A stretch of 64,000 nucleotides of DNA, from the NCBI GenBank assembly GCA_947630675.1, contig CANRIN010000001.1:69361-133360 (forward strand). Reading direction: 5' to 3'. The notes below the pieces were generated by a model that was not told where the DNA came from, did no database searches, and was given only the letters and a program-made list of their open reading frames with translations. The translations under genes and the position numbers were made by a program. Positions 51,933 through 61,900 of the stretch are shown one piece after another. Source of the DNA: an uncultured Clostridia bacterium. GTDB lineage: Bacteria; Bacillota; Clostridia; Oscillospirales; JAAYOS01. Position 1 is the stretch's first letter. Each line of letters opens with the position of its first letter.

Positions 51933-52402
51933 GGATAGGACACGGATACGACGCGCACCGGCTTGCGGAGGGACGGAAGCTCGTCCTCGGAGGCGTTGAG
52001 ATACCGTACGAGCGCGGCCTCGACGGGCATTCGGACGCGGACGTCGCGGCGCACGCCATAATGGACGCGCTCCTCGGCGCGGCGGCGCTCGGGGACATCG
52101 GGCAGCACTTTCCACCGTCCGACGAGAGCTTCAGGGGAATCTCGAGCATGGAGCTCTGCCGCCGCACGGCGGCGATACTTTCGGACGCGGGCTGGAGGAT
52201 AGGGAACATCGACGCGACGGTAATAGCACAGGCGCCGAAGCTCGCGCCGCACATCCCGGCCATGCGTGAGAATATCGCTTCGGCGCTCGGGTGCGACGTC
52301 TCGCGCGTCAGCGTCAAGGCGACGACCGAGGAGCACATGGGCTTTACCGGGCGCGGCGAGGGAATAGCGGCGCATGCGGTCTGCATCATCGAGGAAAAGT
52401 GA
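51929..52402 (+). CDS. ispF: 2-C-methyl-D-erythritol 2,4-cyclodiphosphate synthase
   Basis: [23 protein letters not shown]...[26 protein letters not shown]. Confidence 0.95.
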   Translation: MRIGHGYDAHRLAEGRKLVLGGVEIPYERGLDGHSDADVAAHAIMDALLGAAALGDIGQHFPPSDESFRGISSMELCRRTAAILSDAGWRIGNIDATVIAQAPKLAPHIPAMRENIASALGCDVSRVSVKATTEEHMGFTGRGEGIAAHAVCIIEEK

Positions 52403-52462
52403 GAGCTTCCGTGAGGAAGGTGTAACTCCGGCGTTGCCGGGAATATAAGGGAGGAATGTAAA

Positions 52463-53233
52463 ATGATGTCTGAGGAGATGCAGCGCATGGCGGAAGCGGA
52501 CGTCACGCGCGAGAATGTATACGAGCTGCGGGAGTACGTCATCCGCGACGGGAAGAAGCACCCGTTTGCGCTGATAATCCCCGGCGGCGGATATGAGATA
52601 GTCGCGAATTTCGTGGAAGGGCATCCGTTTGCCGTGGAGCTGAATAAGCTCGGCTACTCCGCGTTCGTGCTCTATTACAGGGTAAAGACGCGCTATCCCG
52701 CGCCGCAGGAGGACGTCGCGCGGGCGCTGCGGGACATCCTTTCCCGCGCGGACGAGCTCGGCGTTGAGCGCGAGGGATGGTCGCTCTGGGGCTCGTCTGC
52801 CGGCGGACACCTCGCGGCGAGCTTTGCGACCGACAACATGGGCAGCCCGAAGTACGGGCTACCGAGACCGGGGACGCTAGTTCTCATCTACCCGGTGATA
52901 ACGATGGGCGAGATGACGCACGAGGGCAGCCGCATAAACCTCCTCGGCGCGGACGCTTCGGAGGAAGCGATAGAGTTTGCGAGCGTCGAGCGGCATATAA
53001 CGCCGGACTACCCGCCGACGTTTGTGTGGTGCGGCCTCGCGGACGACGTCGTACCGCCCTGCAACAGCGAATGGCTCGCGGCGGAGCTCGAGCGCTGCGG
53101 CGTGCCGTACAGGTTCAACACCTATCCTGGCGTCGGACACGGGACGGGACTCGGGCGCGGCCTCGCCTGCGACGGATGGTTCGAGGACGCCGTGAAGTTC
53201 TGGGAGGAACAGCTGGGGCGCACAGCTCGCTGA
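52463..53233 (+). CDS. Alpha/beta hydrolase (esterase/lipase-like)
   Basis: LIIPGGGY.......EG...A..L...GY.AFVL.YR, and nucleophile elbow GSSAGGHL. Confidence 0.75.
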   Translation: MMSEEMQRMAEADVTRENVYELREYVIRDGKKHPFALIIPGGGYEIVANFVEGHPFAVELNKLGYSAFVLYYRVKTRYPAPQEDVARALRDILSRADELGVEREGWSLWGSSAGGHLAASFATDNMGSPKYGLPRPGTLVLIYPVITMGEMTHEGSRINLLGADASEEAIEFASVERHITPDYPPTFVWCGLADDVVPPCNSEWLAAELERCGVPYRFNTYPGVGHGTGLGRGLACDGWFEDAVKFWEEQLGRTAR

Positions 53234-53255
53234 TACGGACAAAGGATAAAACACA

Positions 53256-53287
53256 ATACAGGGCGGTGCAGCAGCACCGCCCTGTAT
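53256..53287. terminator. Bidirectional terminator hairpin between convergent genes
   Basis: ATACAGGGCGGTGC-AGCA-GCACCGCCCTGTAT. Confidence 0.65.
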
Positions 53288-53426
53288 TTCACACTCCGAA
53301 AAGTGCCGGAGGATTATTTGGCAGATCCTCATGCCGTCGGCGTGAGACCGATACTAAATTTGTTTCCCGGCGGGCATATACGCCGCCGAAAAGGCTTTGC
53401 GCGGAGCGCGCTTAGCTGCGGCTCGC

Positions 53427-53999
53427 TCACTCCAATTCCGTGCGCTCGCAGACCTCGAGGATCTTCTTACGGAGCGACTCGAAGTCCTCGAATGCGTCCG
53501 GGCGGCGGCGAGGGTCGCGGAGTATCGCCGCCGGATGGAACGCCGCCATTATGTAGTATCCGCTCCGCTCGAACCACTGCCCGTGCTCCTGAGTTATCTT
53601 GAAGTCCGGGCGGATTATCCGCATGGCGGCGATGCGCCCGAGGCATACGATGATCTTAGGCTTTATCAGCGCCGTCTGGCGGCGCAGCCACTTGATGCAG
53701 ATATCCTGCTCGTTGCCCAAGGGGTCGCGGTTCTGCGGCGGGCGGCACTTCACGATGTTTGCGATGTACACCTTTTCGCGCCCGAGACCTATCATGGCGA
53801 GGAGGTCGTTTAAGAGCTGGCCCGAGCGTCCGACGAACGGGAGCCCCTGCGCGTCCTCGTCTGCGCCGGGTCCTTCACCGATGAACATGACCTCCGCGTG
53901 CTCGTCTCCGTCGCCGAAGACGACGTGCGTACGCCCCTCGGCAAGCCCGCACTCGCGGCAGGCGAGACATTCTTCCTTCAGCATTTCCCAAGTCTGCAT
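53427..53999 (-). CDS. Family 4 uracil-DNA glycosylase (Fe-S)
   Basis: ...C..C..C.L.......VFG.G...[22 protein letters not shown]...[19 protein letters not shown]. The start is at MQTWEML (190 aa). Confidence 0.9.
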   Translation of the reverse strand: MQTWEMLKEECLACRECGLAEGRTHVVFGDGDEHAEVMFIGEGPGADEDAQGLPFVGRSGQLLNDLLAMIGLGREKVYIANIVKCRPPQNRDPLGNEQDICIKWLRRQTALIKPKIIVCLGRIAAMRIIRPDFKITQEHGQWFERSGYYIMAAFHPAAILRDPRRRPDAFEDFESLRKKILEVCERTELE

Positions 54000-54037
54000 A
54001 TTCTTTCTCCCACGGCAGATGTTGTAACAGCGTTGGA

Positions 54038-54310
54038 TCAAATATAATAGCCGTTCTGCGGCTATTATAGCATATCGCGGAGCGATATGCTATAAGTGCC
54101 ATGTTTTGCGGTTCCGCCCGAAAGGGCGGGAGCAAAACGGCATTAAATCAAATATAATAGCCGTTCTGCGGCTATTATAGCATATCGCGAAGCGATATGC
54201 TATAAGTGCCATGTTTTGCGGTTCCGCCCGAAAGGGCGGGAGCAAAACGGCATTAAATCAATTATAATAGCCGCTCTGCGGCTATTATAGCATATCGCGG
54301 AGCGATATGC
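54038..54310. repeat. Tandem array, about 2.5 copies of a 110-bp three-hairpin unit
   Basis: Period 110 (AATATAATAG at 54041 and 54151, ATTATAATAG at 54261). The unit is TATAATAGCCG-TTCTG-CGGCTATTATA + CATATCGCG(G/A)AGCGATATG + GTTTTGCGGTTCCGCCC-GAAA-GGGCGGGAGCAAAAC. The copies are more than 95% identical. Confidence 0.9.
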
Positions 54311-54506
54311 CAGAGGGTATCGATAAACCTTGCAGAGAATGCGCCCCTCTACCTGTTCCACATTCGACTGTCTACCGGGCGCATCAGAATCCCAAACGCT
54401 CCAAAGGAGCGTTTGGGAATTGCGATTCGCCGCGACATAAGCGCCTTGACGCATACCGCGCGCAAATGTTATACTTATTGTACAGTACGGTATTTCGGAG
54501 GGAACG

Positions 54507-55625
54507 ATGGAGAAATACACATTCTGCGCGCCGACGATATTCGGGCTCGAGGGCGTCGTGCGCGACGAGCTGAAGCACCTCGGCATGGAGAACGTCTCGG
54601 GCGAGGAGGGACGCGTGCTCTTCCGCGGGACGCTCGAGAACGCCGCGACGGCGCTCGTGAACCTGCGGGCGGCGGAAAGAGTGCAGATACTCGCGGCGCG
54701 ATTCGAGGCGAGAACGTTTGACGAGCTCTTCGAGAGGACGCGTGCGGTCGAGTGGGAGAGATACATACCGCGCGGATGCGCATTCCCCGTGCGCGGGCAC
54801 TGCGTCGACTCGCAGCTCATGAGCGCGAATGACTGCGTGTCGATAATCCGCAAGGCGATAGCGGTGCGTCTCGGGAGCGTATATCACACGGAACGCCTGG
54901 ACGAGAGCGGCAGCGTCCGTCAGATACGCTTCACGGTGCTGCGGGACAGCGTGCTCTTGCACGTCGACCTCACGGGAGAGCCGCTGCACAAGCGCGGCTA
55001 CCGTCCGCATGCGATGGAGGCTCCGCTGCGCGAGACGCTTGCCGCCGGCATGGTCCTGCTCATGCGCTATCGCGGCAGGGACGCGTTCCGCGACCCGATG
55101 TGCGGGTCGGGAACGATACCGATAGAGGCGGCGCTCATAGCTATGAACCGAGCGCCGGGGCTTCTGAGGCACTTCTCGCTCGAGGACTGGGAGGACGGCG
55201 CGGAGCTTGTCCGCGCGGCCAAGGAAGCTGCGCGTTCGCGCGAGTATTCAAAGGAATACGACATAGAGGGCAGCGACATTGACGCGGAGGCGATAGAGGT
55301 CGCGCGTGAGAACGCGCGCCGCGCCGGGGTCGCGGGCACGGTGCGGTTCCGCCGCGCGGATGCGCGGGAGTTCGTTCCGCCGGAGGGACGCGCATGCGTC
55401 CTGCTGAATCCGCCCTACGGCGTTCGCCTCGGAGACGGCTTCGGCGCGGCGGACCTGATGAAGTCGTTCGGCGCGCGGATGGCGGCGGCGGAGCGGTGCG
55501 ATATGGGCATCCTCTCTGCCGACCCGGAGCTCGAACAGTGGATAGGCCGCCGCGCGACAAAGCGAAGGAGAGTCTACAACGGTATGCTGAAGTGCAGCTT
55601 TTCGATGTACTTCTGCGAAAAATAG
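54507..55625 (+). CDS. THUMP-domain class I SAM-dependent RNA methyltransferase (RlmL/YpsC-like)
   Basis: ...G.E.....EL..LG....................NLR.A.RV, KRGYR.....APL.E.LAA....L......F.DPMCGSGT..IEAA, NPPYG. Confidence 0.85.
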   Translation: MEKYTFCAPTIFGLEGVVRDELKHLGMENVSGEEGRVLFRGTLENAATALVNLRAAERVQILAARFEARTFDELFERTRAVEWERYIPRGCAFPVRGHCVDSQLMSANDCVSIIRKAIAVRLGSVYHTERLDESGSVRQIRFTVLRDSVLLHVDLTGEPLHKRGYRPHAMEAPLRETLAAGMVLLMRYRGRDAFRDPMCGSGTIPIEAALIAMNRAPGLLRHFSLEDWEDGAELVRAAKEAARSREYSKEYDIEGSDIDAEAIEVARENARRAGVAGTVRFRRADAREFVPPEGRACVLLNPPYGVRLGDGFGAADLMKSFGARMAAAERCDMGILSADPELEQWIGRRATKRRRVYNGMLKCSFSMYFCEK

Positions 55626-55654
55626 AACGGCTTCTGCCGGGGAGGGGAAAACTC

Positions 55655-56608
55655 ATGCGGCATCTGTTCATCATCAATCCGAAGGCCGGGAAAAAGCCCG
55701 ACCCGGACGGGCTCCGCCGCCGCATAGACGCGGCGATGGCGGGGCGGGAATACTCCATCCACGTCACGAGCGCGCCGGGGGACGGCGAAGCCGCCGCCCG
55801 CCGCGAGGCGGAGAAGTCCGATGAGCTCCGCGTCTACGCCTGCGGAGGGGACGGAACGCTCACCGAGGTGCTGAACGGCGTCGCGGGTCATCCGAACGCC
55901 GCCCTCACCGTCGTTCCCTGCGGCACCGGCAACGACTTCGTGAAGATTTTCGGCGACGCAGACTTCCGAGACATAGCGGCGCTCGCAGACGGAGAGGAGC
56001 GCACGCTAGACCTCATGGAGACCGGCGGGCGGTACGCGATAGACATATGCTCGGTCGGATTTGACGCGCGGGTCGCGCGCGACGTCCACAAGTTCTCCAA
56101 GCTGCCGCTCGTGACGAGCTTCGGGGCGTTCACCATATCCGCGATATACAACCTCTTCAAGGGGCTGTGCAACGAGTACAGGGTGACGGTGGACGGTGAG
56201 AAGCTCGACGGGACCTACGCTCTGATATGCGTCGCGAACGGGCGCTACTACGGCGGAGGGTACATGCCGATGGCGGACGCCAATCCGACCGACGGCGTCC
56301 TCGATGTGCTGCTCGTGGGAAAAGTGAGCCACGTCCGGGTGCCGGTGCTGCTCTCAAAGTACAAGGCGGGGCGGTATGAGGAGCTCGGCGGTATTGCGAC
56401 GCGGCGCGCCGCGCGGGAGGTGCGGTTCGACTTCTGCGGACGGCGCGGCGTGATAAATGCGGACGGGGAGATGATACCCGCCGAGTCCGGGACGGTTCGC
56501 CTCTCCGGGGTGCGCCAGAGGTTCTTCGCGCCGGCGGGAGCGTGGGCGGAGATGGACAGATTGAAGCAGATAAGAAACGAGAGTATTTTTGAGCAATCGC
56601 GAGCATAA
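55655..56608 (+). CDS. Diacylglycerol kinase-family lipid kinase (YegS/DagK-like)
   Basis: ...FIINP.AG.........I............T...GD...........D....CGGDGT..EV.NG........L...P.GTGNDF.K. Confidence 0.85.
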   Translation: MRHLFIINPKAGKKPDPDGLRRRIDAAMAGREYSIHVTSAPGDGEAAARREAEKSDELRVYACGGDGTLTEVLNGVAGHPNAALTVVPCGTGNDFVKIFGDADFRDIAALADGEERTLDLMETGGRYAIDICSVGFDARVARDVHKFSKLPLVTSFGAFTISAIYNLFKGLCNEYRVTVDGEKLDGTYALICVANGRYYGGGYMPMADANPTDGVLDVLLVGKVSHVRVPVLLSKYKAGRYEELGGIATRRAAREVRFDFCGRRGVINADGEMIPAESGTVRLSGVRQRFFAPAGAWAEMDRLKQIRNESIFEQSRA

Positions 56609-56683
56609 ACTACAAATCGAGAGCAAAACGGAAGCATTCGGAAATTTGGGAAATTTGCGGCGTGAAACCGGCCGAAATCGGCG

Positions 56684-56712
56684 TTGAAAACAGCGCTGAA
56701 GCAGGATATAAT
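56684..56712 (+). promoter_or_regulatory. Sigma-A promoter of groESL
   Basis: TTGAAA, 17 bp, TATAAT, immediately upstream of CIRCE. Confidence 0.65.
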
Positions 56713-56720
56713 TTATAATG

Positions 56721-56747
56721 TTAGCACTCAAGGGTATAGAGTGCTAA
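56721..56747 (+). promoter_or_regulatory. CIRCE operator (HrcA binding site)
   Basis: TTAGCACTC-N9-GAGTGCTAA, a perfect match to the consensus. Confidence 0.92.
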
Positions 56748-56759
56748 AAACAAAAATAA

Positions 56760-57071
<312 letters not shown>

Positions 57072-57115
57072 TCGTCTTTCGGAAGCTCGCAGGACTTTTT
57101 GCAAAAAATAATTAG

Positions 57116-58768
<1,653 letters not shown>

Positions 58769-58797
58769 TCCCCGCCGCAAGACAAATACAGAGTTGA

Positions 58798-58829
58798 AGA
58801 TCCCGGCATCCGAAAGGATGCCGGGATCT
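58798..58829. terminator. Bidirectional terminator
   Basis: AGATCCCGGCATCC-GAAA-GGATGCCGGGATCT. Confidence 0.7.
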
Positions 58830-58861
58830 GTTATAGGGAAGCGCAGGCTTTGCAGACGGGA

Positions 58862-58892
58862 AAACGGAGGAGGGAATCACCCTCCTCCGTTT
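58862..58892. terminator. Terminator hairpin just downstream of the giant minus-strand gene
   Basis: AAACGGAGGAGGG-AATCA-CCCTCCTCCGTTT. Confidence 0.6.
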
Positions 58893-58912
58893 ACTGTGTT
58901 TGTGATGTGCGG

Positions 58913-61900
58913 TTACTTCACGACGTTTCCGCAGAAGCGCTCAAGTATTGCGGCGACCTGTGCGCGCTTTGCACCGGACTGCGGCGAGAGCTTGTCGGCG
59001 GAAACGCCGTTCACAAGGCCGTTGCTCACTGCCCAGTTCATGGCGTCGACAGCGTAGCTCTGAATGTCCTGTACGTCGGTGAATGAGGCGAGAGCGTTGC
59101 CGTCCACCTCGGTCGAGTAGCCCTTGAGCTTCGCATAGCGATAGAGGATGGTGACGAGCTGCTCGCGGCTCACATCATTGCCGGGACGGAAGGACCCGTC
59201 GGTATAGCCGTTTACGACATCGTTGTCGTCCGCCCAAGCGACCGCGTCGGCATAATAGTCGCTGCCCAAGACGTCTCCGAAGGTCATGCCCGCGTCGGCA
59301 GCTTCGGGCTCATAAGCGAGACGGTAGAGGACGGTGACGAGCATTCCGCGCGTCATCGCTGTCTCGGGGGAGAACACGCCGTTGCCGGTGCCGTTGAAGA
59401 GGCCGCGCGCCGCGACGAACTCGACCGCGTCGGAAGCCCAGTGATTTGCGTCCTGAACATCCTTGAACTCGACCGACCTGTCGACTATCTTCACGGTGAC
59501 GCTGCCGTCGACCGTGATGATGACGCCGTTATCGTCCGTCACGCAGTCGCGGACGACGGTTTCGTTGCCCTTCTCGTCTACGATGACGGCGACGGTGCCG
59601 GGCCGCACGTCGACCACGGGTATCTCTACGCGCGCCGAACCCTCTCTGACGGTGATGCTTATCTCGGGAGCGTCCTCGGCGGAGGCGGCGGCCCTGACCT
59701 CGACAGGTGCGACGACGGTGCCGCCGGACTCGGGCGCGGAGGGCATTATCACCTCAACGGAGGTCGTGTTGCCGTCCGCATCGGTCTTGGTGATACCTAC
59801 GATGCCTTCGACGGTAGTTGTGGTCTTGGTGGCGCTGCCGTCGGATTCGGTGACGGTCGTGGTGATGCTGCCGTCGGAGCCGGTGGAAGTATCGGTCCTG
59901 CTGCTGCCGGACGAGCCGCCGGACGGAGTGGACGGCGCGGTGTAGGAGGACTTGACGGCGCCGCAGTGGGTGCAGACGTTGTTCACATAGTTGTGGCCGG
60001 TGGCCGGAACGACCTGACTTACCTGCTTATGGCAGAGGCTGCATGTGCCCTTGAGGAGACCGGACTCCGTGCAGGTCGCGGGCTTGCTGCCCTGAGTGAG
60101 CTCTATTACGTTATGCGGCAGCTTCTCCGTTGTGACCTCGACGATATGCTCATGGCATACGGAGCAGGTGTACTCCTTCGTGCCGTCCCTTGTGCAGGTG
60201 GCCTCATTGACCTTAACGCTGCCCTCGACGGGTTTGTGAGCCGCAAGCGGGAGATCCGCAATGTCTGTCGTGCTCTCCACAAGCTTTCCGCTGGGAAGCT
60301 CGGCGACTGCGGAGTATTTGCGCTTGCCGTGCTCTGTGCACGTTGAGTCTTTAATAATTGCGCCCTCGGTGACAGTGGCATTGATGGTGAGATGGTGGCT
60401 GGAATCGTTCTTGCAGGTGAGCAGCACATACGCGGCGTGGCCGGTCGTGGGCCATGTGATTGTAGCGCTGGTTTCGTTCCACTTGTGCCCGAGCGCGGGA
60501 GTTATCGTGGGCTGCGTGATTATATCGCCGCACTGCAAGCATTTAGTGCCGCCTGTCGAACCGGGGGTGTCGCAGGTAGCGTCAACATCGGGAATCGACA
60601 CGGGCGTGTGCTCCGAGCTCTTGAGCGTCTGCTCGCAGCGTGAGCACTTCGTTCCGACGGCGTGACTCTTGCCGAAGTCGTGACCGAGAGCGGGGATGAT
60701 CTCAATCGTGCCCTCGATCTTTTTGCAGACGGAGCACTCCTTGTAGGCGGTTTGGCCGGGAGTTTCACAGGTGGGATCGACTTTTGCATGCTCGACCCAA
60801 GTGTGACCGTCTTTGCAGAGATTGATGCCGCAGAGTGTGCAGACGCCGCTTCCGTTATTCACGTGAGACTTCTGTGAATTGGGGACTTCCTGCACCGCCT
60901 TTTGGCCGCACCACTCGCACTCGTATTCGGCGGTGGCGTTCTCGGTGCAAGTGGCTTCGGTGACGGTTTTGACGAATTGAGTGAAGCTGTGGCCGACGGC
61001 GGCGTCCTTGTTCGTGATGGTGCTGGTCACGTTGCACCGTGTGCACTTGCCCTCCATTTGCTGACCTTTGCAGGTGGCGTCGCCGATGTTTGTGTAGTTC
61101 TCGAAGTCGTGACCGAGCGCGGGTATGGTTGTCTCAGCGTATATTTGATTGTGGCAGGTAGTGCAGTTGACCGCAGGGATAGTCACGCCATTGGTGCAGG
61201 TTACGGAATCCCTCGGTACTGGTTGAGACTCATTGAAGGTGTGACCGGTGGCGGGAATTACGGTGGCGGGAACGACAGTCTGACCGCAGGTTGTACAAAT
61301 CTGAGCTTTCTTGTATCCGTCGGTGGTGCAGGTGGCCTCGCGTTCCGAAGTTTGATCGGTTGTGTCAGATTCAAGTGTGGGGTGTGTGCACACGGAGGCT
61401 ACAAGAGTCTCGCCGTACTCGTTGACTTCTGCCGTCTTGACGTCGCCGGGGATAAAGGTAACGTTGAGGACGTCGCTCTTGGTGATATTCTCGAGCCTGT
61501 AGGTGTTCGCTCCGGTCGGCGTAAGTGATGTTCCGCCGAAGGAGACGGTGTCGACAACATAGCCGGAAGCGGGCTCAACGGTGAACTCCAGCGACCCTCC
61601 GTTCGGGATCTTCTGGTTTCCGTTCGCGCCGACGGCGTAGTCACTGCCTATTTTGACCTTGCCGTTCTCGCCGGAGACGACGACCACGTTGTGCGTAGCC
61701 TCGGCAATGGCGGAGGCGGCGGTGTCGCTCTTCTTCACGCCGACTATCTCAAACGGAGAGAAGGCACTGCACATTATCACCATGCCGTAGGGGGTGGGGA
61801 TGATGGTTATCTCGTCCACGCCGATAATGTGCTCGCCCCACTTGTGGGCTTTGAGAATATCGGCCTTCTCGTCTGCGGAGGCGTTTGCGAGCTCCTTTTC

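Noticed and set aside
54038-54310. Possible CRISPR array.
   Set aside because: The units abut directly with no unique spacers. The period is 110 bp, each unit is made of three hairpins, and there are no cas genes.
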